DNA of 64,000 bases from Moniliella sp. 'wahieum' (GCA_003971905.1 RSEE01000027.1:1-64000), one strand, 5' to 3'; numbered from the stretch's first letter, positions 1-13,032 are shown. Program-made: numbers and translations. The notes: a model not told the origin generated them from the letters alone.

Positions 1-557
1 GAGAATCCGAGTTCCTTGCGGTGCGAGATGCGAGCCAAGCCCCAGGGGGCACCTTTCTCGACCACGTGTGGTCTTGGCCTGGTTGGCAGGGAGCCAGCGC
101 CACTCGGTATCGGGTTGGATCTCTTGGTGGTTACGATCGAGTCACGCTCGACGTACTCCACTTCCGGCTGGGCGCGGATAAAGGCGAGTACATCGTCTGT
201 GAATTGGCCTGCATAGCCTTGCAGGTGGTGGTCGAGGTCGTAGACGTGACGGATGCCATGTTCGGCGTGGCAGCTGCAGGGAGACCGAGGAACACATTTG
301 CCTCGACTGGGCAGCGGAGATAAGCTGTTGGTGGGCAAGGAAGGCAGTGCTGGAAACGCCGGGCTTCAGCTTGATCATGTAGCGACCGGGAAGCTCGGCC
401 AGCGGGTTCTCAGCGCTGCGCAAAGCGGCGAGCACAGGCACGCCAGTCCCGAGGACCTGCTGCTCGGCGCCGGGAACGAAGCGGGGCGCGGGGCGGGCGC
501 TGGTGGTGGCGGCGACAGCCATCAGAGCCAGCCCGAGGCGGAGGGGGAGAGACGCAT
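1..557 (-). CDS. PRB1: Subtilisin-like serine protease (vacuolar proteinase B/cerevisin type), N-terminal part; runs off the window start
   Basis: Signal-peptide-like start (ATG 557), I9 prodomain-like segments (PGRYMIKLKPG, GIRHVYD, GYAGQFTDDVLAFIRAQPEVEYVERDSIV), then the mature-domain start EKGAPWGLARISHR. Read across frameshifts. Confidence 0.85.
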
Positions 558-1174
558 AAGAAAAGAAGGGATCGTAATGGGGCTTGTAGGGGTGGTGGGG
601 GCGGTGGAGGTGGTGGGGGCGATGGCAGACCAGCGAGATAAGATGACTGATGCTGATAGCTGGGGGGAGCGGTGCTGCGTTGTCAGTCTATCGTGGCTCT
701 GCTGCGCACCTGCTGAGCCTCAGCAGTGCGCGTGCTACAGTAGGGTTGGGGGCAGGGGGCAGTTTCGCGTCGTGGTCCGATTGCCACGCACAGCGCCTGT
801 CTGGGGGGCGGCAGGCGGCCATTGCGTCATCAGCGCCACGGCGTGCGTGCAGGTGCGTGCTCGCGAGTATATTTTGGGGGATGTAGGATGGCCGAGGTGG
901 CCTGTGCTGCTGGGGCATCTTATCAGCGCGGCGGCGAGGGCCCCAACACACGCGCTGTGCTGGGCACCAGCGCCACGCCAGCCAGCGCTTGTAGTATGCT
1001 GCCCCTGGACATCGCCCGACCCCAACGACCACCTCCTGCCGAGGACTCGCAGCTCCTGCCCACCGTCCATCACCCCCCACCATCTTCTCTCCTCCGTCTC
1101 CATCATCCCCAATGAACCCCACCCCTCTGCCGCAGTTACATTCTGGTAGCCCCCTCTCGCCGCCGCCGTCATCC

Positions 1175-3458
1175 ATGCCACCGCCACCGTCTCTCCCCGT
1201 CATCACCCCTGGGCCCAATGGGCTGCCCAGCACCTGCGCCCCTCCCCCACCCCCCCGCGGCACCCACTCTCACCCTCGTCTTGGCAACAGCCGGTGCAGC
1301 CGGCCTTGCCACCCTTCTCATTCGCCGTGCGTATGTCCCCGCCGCCTGCGCCGTGTCCTTGCCGCCCACACTCGTGCCACGGCGCTCTTGCACAAGCAAA
1401 TAAACACGAACGCATGTTCCGTGCCCAAGCAGAGAACCAACTCAAGCGTGTCGAGCACGAAGCCAACTTGGCCGCTCGCCATTACACCCACACTCTGCTT
1501 GAAGCTCAAAGGCACTCCCAGCCTGCTCGCGCTCGTCCGACTGTGGATTCGGCCACTGTGAACACATCACCCGGGTCCCTGTTGCGACACCGACGCCACC
1601 TTCTCCTTCTGTTAGCCAACCCATGATCCCGCCTTTGACTGCATCCGTTTCTGGCGACAACGGTTCCTCGCCGCACGCTTGTAAGTGGCTGTCTTGCCCA
1701 TTCTTTGTTGACACATGACTTGTTATTGACTTGGTGTTATCCATTCGATAGCTACATTGTCACCAGACCAATTTGGTCGCCACAATTCCCGCCTCGGACC
1801 CGCTTTCACTTCGTCTCTCGTGACGGATCGCCATGCCCATCTGCGCGGGTCGCAGTGGTTGACCGTCACGGGAACAAAGAAAAGGCAACTCTTTTTCCTA
1901 TTCATACGCCTGTCTCTCGTCCCGACCAATCAAGCAATCCAACGGACACAATCCCAGATCAACATGTTGAGGAAGAGGTGGTCGTCAAGACCGCCAGCCC
2001 TACCATTTTTCGCCCCCACAGCCGATCGTGCTGAGCCGTGGAGATGAAGTTCAAGAACAGGCCAAGATGGCTGATGCATATGATGACCGCCCTACTACTT
2101 CTGTATGCGAACCCAGCACCGCTCCTCCTCCACTCTCGTACTCTCAAGCATCCTGTAACAGTGGTGCATACTGATGCCAACAAGGCCAGCGGCACCACCC
2201 TACCCTTTGCACCCATCACTCCAGCTTCCCAGAACATAGGAGTTGAAACCGAGCCTACCGTTCTCCCGTTGACGCCCCTGCCGTACCCCTCTCGGAAATT
2301 ACGACCTCTCCCCAACCGCCAATCGTGGTTCGAGCAGCGTCGCGCCCAAGACAAAGGAACTGAACACCCCTGCGGCAGCTGATTCCACACCCATTACGGT
2401 CAAGAGCGACACCGATTCGCTTCGTCTGCTCAACGGCGCCGTCTTCAATTCCGTTGAATCGCCAGAAGCGGTTCAACTGGAGCCAAGGGCTGAGGAAGCG
2501 AAATCGGCAATCCCACAACAGACGGTTCCACCCCCAACAAAACTGTCCCTCGTCCAGTCGCTCAATCCGATCTTGGACAACGGCCGTTGAGATCGTACAG
2601 CACCGAGTCCGAGGCGGAGAAAGCGGAGACCCCGGCAACGGCCGGTTTCACTGTAAAGTCTGTCAAGGACAAAACGGACTCAACTCCCGTCCGTCCAGCG
2701 GCTCCGACCAATCCCAGTCAGGCATTTGCGACTGCATTTGCGGCGGACAAAAAGAGTTCGACTCCCGTGCGTCCTGCGGCTCAAGCCAATCCAGAGAAAG
2801 CATACGCTGCAGCTTTGGCAGCAGATGGGAAGGCACGCTCAGGAGCTGGTTCTTCGACTCGGGAGAAGTCTCCCGGCCAGGACCATGCCCACGTTTCTTC
2901 TGCATCGGATCAAGAGCGACTGAAACACCTGGGACAGACCTTCTTCTCTGCCATGGCCAGCAAACGATGCGCAGTTGGCTCGATGGCAAGAAGAAGGGCC
3001 CCACCACCCACGACAGAACGGATCTGCAAGGCGATTGACCAACTTCTTCATCGGTCAACTGTCCTCACTCCACCACAAGCAGTGGTTCAAGTTGGAGCAA
3101 CGGCGATGGCGATTGAAGGAGGCGCTAAAGGAGCGATACAGCGTGCCCAATCCGCCTGGCTCACCCTCCTCGACAGACCCACTCCTGACCCGCAGTTGGC
3201 TTTTGCGCGAGGGTTCGGGGGCACAGGTTCGGTCCCCGCCTCCCCCGCGTCCACGACTTCGGCGTGTTTTGGTGTGACAAGCACCATGTGCCCCCTTTTG
3301 GACGTACCCCGTTGCGGCCAGAGGATGGTACGGCCACAGACAAAACGAAGACGCTTGCTGAAATGATGCGGAAGCACCGAAGTCAGTTGGAAAAGAAGGC
3401 TGACCGACGGAGCATTCGGGCCCGTGGACAGGACAAGCACGGCAAGAGGCCTGAATGA
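1175..3458 (+). CDS. Hypothetical protein, Pro/Ser/Ala-rich, possible N-terminal hydrophobic segment
   Basis: Chain of overlapping + strand ORFs with a GTAAGT...TAG intron at 1681-1751, ending in ...RGQDKHGKRPE*. No family recognised. Confidence 0.5.
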
Positions 3459-3608
3459 AGAGGACTTCCTTTTTGGGTGGTACCTTCTTTCTCCATTGCC
3501 CCGTAGTATTGTGACTTCCCACCACTTTTGTCTTTCCCCCTTCGAGATTGTAGCTGTAACAATTGATTGTCTATACGTTTTTTCATTAGCAGCATGGACA
3601 AGAAGCGA

Positions 3609-6086
3609 CTAATTGCGCCCAGGTTGAAGAGAACCAATAAGTGAAGCGCACAAATATCAAATGTGCTGCGCTGGGGATAGTGGGGGGGGTACTGGTGAAG
3701 GGCGCGGTATCCTGTTGTGGCAATCAGTGCAGCGTAGCAGCCAGGCATGCTTGAGTGGCCAAAATCGCCATTTCGTCCATGGCCTGACTGAGACCTTTCT
3801 GGGACAAAGCAAGGACCCGTTGACCCGCGCGGACCATCGTATCCAAATCTACGTCCTTCTCGTGAACTGCCGCTTTCTTCGATTTCGCTTCCTTCGCCCT
3901 GGAGGGCGCATCTGAGTCCGAATCCGCATCCACATCCGACTCCGACTCCGAGTCGTCCGAATCCGACTTGACCTGCCCGTGGACACGCTTGTTGGTCCCT
4001 GTTCCGAGACGAAGAACGTCGGGCACATCGAGCGGGTCCCAAACCTTGGCCTCCGCACGGGCACGTTGCAGTCGTTGCATGATTAGGCGCCAGGAATCCC
4101 GGGTTGGTTGGGCCATTGGGCCAATGTGCCAAAGGGGGGCCTAACTCAGCGGGGCGCTGGTACACTCAGAGATGGCCAGGCCAGCCGTACGAAGGAGACC
4201 GATCTGCAAATAGTATACGTGATCCCCCTTCCACCATGCCTCGGCCACAGCGGCTAACAGACTCTGAGCTGGGGCCTTGAATTCCTCTGCGCATTGGTCC
4301 CTGACGGGCTCTTTGGCAACGCCACGGGAACGCGAGGTCCTTCGAGAGGGCTGGGCAAGTGGTACGTTCTTACGTGCCGTCTTGCGCGCCGAGGGCGTAA
4401 TAGGGCTAACGAACAGTCTTCCCACAAGGCATCCACAAATCCAGTGCATCTTGCGGATCCAGGGGAACCGCTGCCTCCTCGCGGCCAAGGCTCTTGTGTC
4501 CGCTTCCTCCATTTGACGGGAAGGTCAACAAAGGGCCAGTACCGAGGTGAGCCATAGCCAGCTGGAATTTGCGTGTGCCCATAGTTTGGCCCAAGACGCG
4601 TGCTGGGCGTGGCAGCAAGGCACTAATCAACCCAATTGCCGGTTGGTGGACTTGGCCCAAGACAGTATACCGGTCCTTAAGCGGCGTCTCCAAAGGTATC
4701 CGACCACTGGACCGACGCTGTCCTTGCCTGCCGGTTGCTGCACACCTCCAAATCCATTGGTGCTCATCCCACTCTTCTCCACCATATCCATCTCTTCGGG
4801 TATCAGGCAAAGCGGCAGGGCCTGGGACAGGGCAAGGTGGACAACCCGATGCAGCTGAGCTGCTTTTGCTTGCTCTGCAGCCAAACTATCCAGGACGGAT
4901 GTGAAGATGCGCAGTTCGGGACAACTCCACAAGGACGGGCGGGGGAGTCTCTTTCTTCTTCCGACGAAGGAGGGGTAACGCACGCCGTGAGCCAATGCTG
5001 CACAGTCAGGGGGGAGAACAGGTTGGTTTCGGTAAAAAGAGGGTCTCCTTGAGCAACAACTCGGCCGTCTTCTGCCGCGAAGGAAGAACTAAGACAGCTT
5101 TCCCCCCGTCCCCGGACCAGGCGCTGCCTGGCCACCGCGCCGTTTGGCCCCCCCCGAAAATGCTTTTATTCCGGCAACATTGAGCGCCACAGGTCCCGGA
5201 TCGGCAGACGCGAGACCCGAAGACAAGGTGGCAAGCAGATCAGACAAGTGAACTGCAGGTGTCTTCCATGGGAATGGAGATGGTGCGGCCCGTACAGCTT
5301 GAGCGAGCCAGGCAAAGTCCTCGATCCAAAGGGGGATTGGGCAAGCCGGCTGCCAGGAGGCAAATGTGAGGGAACTTGTTCGCTAATCCATCGCCGGCAG
5401 CGGATCCTTGGCGTTCATAGATCGGAGCCAACGTACCCAGCACATTCCAAAATCCCGCCTCGGCATCTGGGGCAGCGGCCAACGACGTCCATGCCACTGG
5501 CATCCTTGGCGAGTTTGCGCTTTCGCCAGGTAGGAGCCTGGGAACAGAGCCAATACTCCTCGGCACCCCGTACGCAAAGATATCCCGTGCTCCCAAGAGG
5601 ACCGTGTGCCGCCAGGTGCGGAGAGGAGAGGAGGAGCCGTGAGGTCCACCGTTGCGGGCTTCCCTCTTCCGATGCAAAGGGGGGAAGGGAGCGGATTACA
5701 ACAGCAGGGAATGCGAGGCCCAGAGAGCGAGTGCTTCAAGTGCCATCGCAATATCCGCCTCGGTGGGTCCGACCGGGGCGGCGGAGCCGGCGCCCGACGC
5801 GTCATGGCCGTGAGGGGGATGGGCATGGAGACGCCTGCTTCTGAGCGGCATAAACACGCGCACGTGCAGGATCGCAGAGCGCGATTGCGACCACGATTTG
5901 TACCAGCTTGGGCAAGGGCGCTACACGGTGCGCGACAAGCTCCGGGATCAGGCAAGGGCAACGGGGAGCATGTTCTCCTCGAACGGATCGAGGGCGAGCT
6001 GGGCGAGGGAACATGGGTGCCCATGTTGTGGGAATCGGGTAGGGCCGGTCGGCCGAGGCGGTGGCGGCGCTTGCTGTGCTGACCAT
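3609..6086 (-). CDS. Hypothetical protein (about 800 aa) with an acidic D/S/E stretch near the C-terminus
   Basis: Consecutive protein-like - strand ORFs (5802-6086, 5240-5677, 4627-4995, 4141-4512, 3724-4116) joined by frameshifts. No family recognised; 3' end approximate. Confidence 0.5.
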
Positions 6087-6203
6087 TGCCGCAGATGGTG
6101 GTGGGATGGCGGAAGAAAAAATGACAGCGGGAACGATAGTGGCGCGTCGCGTGTAGAGCTATTAAGCAGCAGCACAGTATATTGAGCGCATCGCGCGTGA
6201 CAG

Positions 6204-6310
6204 GGAGGCATAGCCTAGTGGTCTATGGCATCGTATTCAAGTCATTAAGCGCTTCCGCTTAAGAGTGGATAGAACTGCGACATTCGTGGGTTCGAATCCC
6301 ACTGCCTTCA
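6204..6310 (+). tRNA. tRNA-Leu(CAA) with a 33-nt intron (6242-6274) and a short variable loop
   Basis: Acceptor stem GGAGGCA/TGCCTTC plus A73; D-arm GCC-TAGTGGTCTAT-GGC; anticodon stem TCGTA/TGCGA with CAA at 6238-6240; T-arm GTGGG-TTCGAAT-CCCAC. Confidence 0.9.
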
Positions 6311-6324
6311 TTTTTTGATTTTTT
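6311..6324 (+). terminator. RNA polymerase III terminator (oligo-T tracts)
   Basis: TTTTTTGATTTTTT immediately follows the tRNA discriminator base. Confidence 0.8.
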
Positions 6325-7142
6325 GACCCTGGACCACGTCCAGCATGACCCGCGTGACCAACAGGCCCCACTCAGATATCAGATGGCCCCCCTTGGTTGG
6401 GACAGCTAGGAAGCTGACCACGAGCATGGAGTACTTCACCTTTGAACCAACAGAGCACAACAGGTATCAAGCCGTGGATGTTTCGTTCGAGAGGAGCTAG
6501 TGGAGACAGATGGGGGAAGCCAACAACACAGAAGAGCACAAAGGAAGGGGCAGGTGGGATGACAAGGAGAGTGGCCTTGTGGCGGCCTTGTGCCAGCTTC
6601 GCCAGAGGGTCTGTCTCGGGAACAAGCCTCGTTATCTTCATGTCTCACGCCTCTCATGCATCACTTATGCCATGATTACCATGATGATTCGCCTGACGCG
6701 CGCGCGAACGGCTCTGTTACAGAGAGTCCATTGAAGGTGTCAACAGGGTCAGAAGAGTGGGCGGACAGCAAGAGATTGTAGCATTGCTAGAGGAAGATGA
6801 CTCACACACGTATAGTAAGTAGCAATGTCCGGGGCCTGTGCAGCCTGCCACAATTTTTTTGGGTATGACTTTAATCAAGACCGCGCAGGGGGGCAGTGGC
6901 CCGATTGTCAGAGAGGGATTGTATCATCGTAGCGATGCCGAGATGATGAACTTTGCCCAGCCTCTCTGCCTCCAGAGACGACGCTGGTTGGACGATGTGT
7001 GGGACGCGTTGCTGCCAGATAAAGAACCCCCCTGCTTTCGCCTCCCATGCATATATATACTAGCACTCATCACTCTTCCTGCTTCAAGCACCTAGCTTCA
7101 TTACCGCCCCCCACATCCCGACGGACTGCAACCCTCCACATC

Positions 7143-7538
7143 ATGGGATCGACTTGCGCCGGCTCGTGCCCTGTCAACGTACGTCCAGTGCTTTCCACGT
7201 TATTATTGCGAAACAATCGCTCCTATTAACCTCCTTTTTATCCCACCCCCTCCTTTTTGTATAGATGATTGCCCCGTTGATCTGCGTAAAGTGTTATGAA
7301 ACCAACTTCGAGTTTCACAGCGAATACTCACGCTCCCGTGGGAATGCGTCAATTGTGGCGCACGATACCGGACCGTAACTTCCTCGTTCGAAACTAACGG
7401 AAGGTAAGCCCTGCGAGTTAACACGAAAGCATAAAGTGGGGTTCAGTTCCACTTCGTAGGGAGGTCCTGTGTTGGGTTTGCTGGAGCAGGGCTTCAGAAC
7501 CCCACACAATCACCCAAGTCTCTATCCCCCTGGTATAG
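7143..7538 (+). CDS. Small three-exon Cys-rich putative zinc-binding protein (about 84 aa)
   Basis: TATA-like ATATATATA at about 7051 and ACATCATG start. Introns at 7179-7264 (GTACGT...TATTAAC...TAG) and 7404-7459 (GTAAGC...TAG). The spliced product has CxxxC plus three CxxC pairs and needs one frameshift in exon 2. Confidence 0.5.
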
Positions 7539-7809
7539 TATATCCATCGCTATCGTCCCTGCACCATGCGCATTCCGTATGTAGGTCCCCTTATAGCGTT
7601 CGCATCATTGTACCCCAAGGGTGCATTTTGCATGCAGGGATGGATTGCATTAGTCGAGCCCCACCATTTTGGATGAGCACGGTATCGGGCAGAATGGAGC
7701 ACAGAAGGGGGAGGGAAACGAAAGAATAAGGGACAAGACGGCGACTGGGGTGACCACACTCGAGGAGCGCCGAATCGAGAGGATGCGATGACCGACACCA
7801 GGAACACTC

Positions 7810-10800
7810 ACTCATGCCGATGGTCCCGATCCATTTGCCCTGGATGTCAAATGGATGCTGGGCGCGACCAAAGGTGTCATCGTGGCCGCGATCCGCCCCG
7901 GATTGGGACTGACGTGCCCGGGAGTGGGCGCATTGGACGGGGGGGCAGAGCGGTTGTGGGCCATATGGGCCTTGATCAGATGCCCAGCGGCAGGGCAGAC
8001 ATGAGTGACAGTTCCCGGCCATCACTGCGGCGGCAATGATGGCTGCCAGCCTGAGCGTTGGCTCCCGGCGTGGAGGGATGGGGGCCTGCAATGCCTAGCA
8101 ACTCCAGCATGGACCGCTGTGGATCCAGCACTGTCCCACCGCCCACCGTTCCAACCTCGATGGAGGGCATGGAGACAGAGATGCGCAAGTCGCCTTCGGG
8201 TGTGGCCTCCATCAGGGTCATGCAGTTGCTCGACTCGACGTTCTGCGCCGGGTCTTGCCCTGTAGCAAGGTAGATGGCAGTGAGAATGTTGGCCGCATGG
8301 GCGTTGAATCCCCAATCGAGCCAGCCATGGCGGAACCAATCAAGTTCTTCTTGGTGTTCAGGTCAACCAAGGCCGTAACCGAGGTTTTGAGAACCGAATT
8401 GACTATCTTTCCGGGCACAACAGCCTCTGCAACCACCGATTGCCGCGGCCCTCAATCCAGTTGATCGCAGCGGCTTCTTGTCAGTGCAGTAGTTGCCCGA
8501 CAAGGCGAGGACCTTCATGGTAGGGAAGTGCTTTGATTGCATCATTTCCAAAGCCGCTCAACTCCTTAGAGATCATGTTCACCCATTGCATCCCCTGTCG
8601 AGGTGGCAAAGCGAATGAACATGGTCCGGCCCGCCAAGGCAGTGCGCAGGCTGGCCAGCCGGGCAAATCGCGACGTAGAATCAAAAGCCGACTTGATTGC
8701 CGCTGCACCCTCGGTGGAATCGACCCATCGCTTGGCCTGGGCAGCCTCGGCGGCGGTAGGGAAATCGATTACTGGGCCACGAGTCATTGCATCCTGGGTC
8801 AACACCGTTGTCACTCCGCCTCCTACATTCAGAGCCTTGCACCGCGCGAGGTGGAAGCCACCAATGTGCCTTCCGTCGTGGCCATGGGGATGGGAGTCAT
8901 TGATCGTCAATGTTGAGGGGGCCGGCAATACCGAGAGGCAAAGGCAAATAGCCCACCACATTCTCGCAACAAGCGCCCATGACTTGGGAATAATTGTAGT
9001 TCTTGAACGGCAACTTTCCCGTCTCAAGTGTTTTCGTCAAACTGGCGCGCGAAACGAGGGCGCGCGGACTCGAACGGCACGCTCGGGGTCTTGCAGCACC
9101 TTTTCCAATGCGTAGGCAGGAATCTTACCACGCTGTCCAAGGAGAACCACCTCCTCATCGGCAAGGTAAGCGACACCAGCACCATTGTCGTACACCTCCA
9201 ACACCTCCTCGAATGAACGAATCTGGGAAGCGTCCACACCTGCAGTGGGGGGAGGTGTAGGTTCGTCCGGTTGGGGCACAATGGGAAGCGGAGGGGGCAT
9301 GGGCACCGCTCTGGGGTCCGGGAAGACGAATTCGCATTCACAGAGTTTGAACGGGACATCGGCATGCGAGATTCAGCTTGATCCAAGTGGGCGCCTAGCA
9401 TGCGCGCGGCGGCAAAGGCAGCAGCGCCCATAGCATTACCCCGAGCAATGGCGCGTTGCCATGAGCAACCTCGGAGCAGGTATGCATTGAGGAATATGCT
9501 TACTGCCATCGCGATTGAGAGCCATTTGGAGATCACAGGGTCGCCAACGATCGATGTCCATTCGGTCATCAGGCTACCCAAGACCTCGAGAGACTGACGA
9601 CGCGACAGGAGACCGCTCGACACGCGAGAGCTATTGGCCAAGGGGAAGAGTCAACCACCGGGTCGACGGAGTCGATGACGTGACAGATGCCGATGTTGAT
9701 GAGGGGAACAGTTCTTCAAACGCTTGAATCGATGCCTGCGCCAGATCGGTATATTCTCCGACGTCTGGTTCACGGGCGCATAATCAAACACTGAAAGCAA
9801 GACCGGATCATGAATCTGTAAGGTGGCGCCAATGGGATGCGATCGAGCAAAGTGCTCCAGCGCGGGCGCGAGTGCCAACGAGGAGGGGGTCAGGGGCAGG
9901 TTCAAGCGTGTAGCCGACAGAAGCCGTTGGTACGGCTCGCCCATTAAAAGCGTCGAGGCGGCGCCCGACTTGGACGCACGCAGATAGCGGCTGCGAGATG
10001 ACTGTGTCGTCAGGGTACCAAGCAGGTTGAGGCTGTGAAGGGTGATAAACGAAGCAATCAGCAAGAGCTTGAGCCGACCCACTGGGTTGTTTTTAGCGCC
10101 AGAGCCAACAAGGCGATGCCAGATGCCGAAAATTCCACGGGTTCGAGAGGTGTGACGATGGCGATTATGTGAATGGTGTGAGGATCCAGCCGAAGGAGGC
10201 GCAGGCACAGATGAAGAGGGTGAAATCGAAATGGAGGGACACGGCTGTTGGCTGCACTGCCATCGCCTCCCCTTACCGTAGGAGTGATGGAGCCTGAGGT
10301 TGAACCACTGGCCACGACGCTGGCCTCCGGCGCCGCAGTCTTGTCAACAGCCGACGGAGTTACGATCGAATGATGACGGCGGTTGCGCATGATCCGGATC
10401 CGCAGCACTTCACCATGACAGTAAGAATGCCAGTGTAAAACGTGTGGAGAAGGATGGCATCGAAGAAAAGAATGAGCGCGGCAAGGTGGCAAAACTCGCG
10501 AAGACCATTAGGGGCAATGCATGCACCCGCCAACAACAAGGCCAGCTCGACGGCATAGTCCCGGATGATTTCTGGGCCGACGCTGTCGTATGCGCCTACC
10601 AACACGTCACGAGCAGCAAGCGGACGGGGGAGCTCCCACTCGAGACTGTGGTTTTCACGCAAACGGCAGTCAGGGCCCGAACGAAGGCGTCTTCATTGGA
10701 CTTAGGCGCATCGGTGGAATCGCCATTGGCGGCCACTTTTGAAGGAGGCTTGAGAACATCCAGAAGCACGCTAGGTCCATCGTGCAGGTGGGATGAAGGG

Positions 10801-11839
10801 GCAAACGCGGGGTGACTAAAAACGGCTTTGGTCAATTTGTAGTGCTTGTCAAAGCCAACGGTCACAACCAAAAACGGGAGCGCCTCACTCAGCGATACAG
10901 GATCAATGCGCACGCCAAGGTAATGGGCTGATGTAAGAGCGAAGAGGAATGCACAGGTGCACGAAAGCAAGACCGAGGTTCCTAAAGAACACCGAGAGAT
11001 TTGATCAGCTGGCCAGTCGAAGCGGGGTTAAGAAAGTGGGGGACAAACGTACCAAGCCAAAAGTTGGAGCCAAAGCGGCGCATCGAAAGATACAGGTTGA
11101 CAAATGTAGCGTGCATAAAGATGTAAACGCAGAGCATGAGGAAGATATCAGCTGAATCGGCGGCGCGGATGAGATGACCAAAACGGGCGAAGAGGGCGCG
11201 AGACGCATAGACAACCAAACGAACTGAATCCATCCTTATCGCCCCAGTCGATGCAAGAGTCTGTGCCATGGGGTGCCCAATGTGTTTCCAAGTCCTAGTA
11301 GAAAGTGCAGGGGCAATGTGCCAGGTGTGGGACGGCAACGAGACATTGGATGCGGCATGAGTTGCTGCAGCAGTTCCGTCTCCTGGGGAGATCCGGCGAG
11401 GCGAACGTGGGAGTCCATGCCACCATAGACGGTTGTCCGGGCAAGGCATAAGGCGGGGCGAGGGAAGGCAAAGAAGCATGTGACTGGAAAAGGATTGGGC
11501 GAGCTGGAGAAGGTTGGGCTGCGCGAGCTGGGGTTGGGTGCCGACAGCATCGAGCCAAAGCACAGGGCGCACGACAACGGAAACGGCGTCCTCGGCGCCA
11601 GTGTCATCGAGAGACCAGCCAGCTGGCGAGGAAGCCCAGACGGCGGGCGTCGGCGCAGGGGACGAGGGCAGGGTGGCCGAGGCGGCCAGCGCGTCAATCC
11701 AATGGGAATGGGATATTGCGAAGAGAAGAGAAAAGTGGGCGAGCGTTGCGACAATGGCAACCACGACGATGCTCTCGATGGGCGTGCGGGCGGCCTGCCA
11801 GAGCAGAGCGCGCATCACACGCACCACAGGCGACAGCAT
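7810..11839 (-). CDS. HMG1: 3-hydroxy-3-methylglutaryl-CoA reductase
   Basis: N-terminal PIESIV segment and sterol-sensing membrane domain ([23 protein letters not shown]). Catalytic motifs [62 protein letters not shown]. Many frameshifts; 3' end uncertain (possible last intron near 7811). Confidence 0.95.
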
Positions 11840-13032
11840 GAAAGAAGCGGCAACCCGAGGGAGGTGGTGGCGGCTGTCAACCTGCTGCCGAGACTGGAGG
11901 CGCCAGGAAGGATGGGGCTGGCAGGCCGCACAGGTTGCGACTGGGACAGATCCTGCCGATCGCGTGCGGGCCGGGGGGCAGTGTGGCGGCGGGGGCGCTT
12001 GAAATGTTGCATCCCAACCGGCACCGCTTCGTCTGGGCAAGTGAGATCAGCCTGAGCCGGCAGAGCACAGTAGACCCGCGCGCGTGTCTTCGCCTGGGTT
12101 GGGCGCGCACAGCGGCACTGCCCCTGCGTCCCCCGCCCCAGAGCTGTCTGCTGCTCCCATTCGAACCTCCACCCGACCTCCACCATTCGCGCCGCCACTG
12201 GGTATGCATCCCATGGCCAGGGCCAGCCTCAAGCCCTCCAGCCCTCCAGCCCCCAGCCCTCCAGCCCACTGCCTCTCTTGCACCGGCCTCTTCTCATGCC
12301 CCTACCTGCTCGCACACTTCAGCCACCCAGCACCCGTACGACATACCCTGCGACATGGGAAGTACTCTCCCTGGAGTATCGCTCCGAGTCCCGCTGACAG
12401 CAAGCACTAGTCAGGCCTGAAGCGCCAAGCCCTCAGGCGCTTACATGTGCCATCTTCTGTTTGGCCCGAGACCTTCCACTTCACACTATACGACTGCTCT
12501 CTGAGCCGGTAAAGCCGAGGTGCCCGGTGCTGAGGCACTGAGGACTGAGTGACACTATGTGAGGCCAGGCCGTAGAATGGTTAACGATTCAAGATGAAAT
12601 GATCGCTTGTTATATGTAGGTCGTGTTGAGTAGCATGCAATCCCTTCCGCGGTTTGTGGAGCATCAAGCATCACCTACTGCTTTTCTCCCTCTCTAGCTG
12701 ACATCGCATTTACTCAAACCATCCTCAACGCTGAGTTCAGCAACATTCTTCGCTTGTGAAAGGACGAAAGGATGTAAGCACGCATTCCATACCGAATAGC
12801 TGCGCCGCAGCCCAGTAACTCTCATGCAGAAAACGGACCACCCAGTGTCCTCACATCTGACAAGAACACGCAATTGGGCAAAAAATAGTTTTGGTTATTA
12901 TACAAACAAAGTATTACTATCCAAGTAGTAATAGCATGCAGGGGCTGACTGCATGTGGTCGGAGCGCCACAACAGAGCATTTCATCAACCAACTCAACGA
13001 CACGCGTATGTGGCATGAGTGTTACGCGGCAG

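Noticed and set aside
6238..6240. UUG codon reassignment suggested by the atypical tRNA
   Set aside because: TTG codons occupy conserved Leu positions in the MAPK; the tRNA has A3:U70, not the G3:U70 alanine determinant.
7261..7525. RNase P/MRP, SRP, U3, HDV/hammerhead ribozyme or TPP riboswitch
   Set aside because: Partial look-alike words only; the required conserved cores are missing, and a spliced coding gene explains the region better.
7810..11839. HMG1 and other genes as pseudogenes or programmed frameshifts
   Set aside because: Frameshifts affect nearly all genes, including essential ones, with intact motifs; best explained as sequencing error.
12487..12493. TCGTATA (yeast Upc2-type sterol element) about 650 bp upstream of HMG1
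   Set aside because: A single 7-mer is expected by chance, and I have no evidence that this regulator operates in this lineage.
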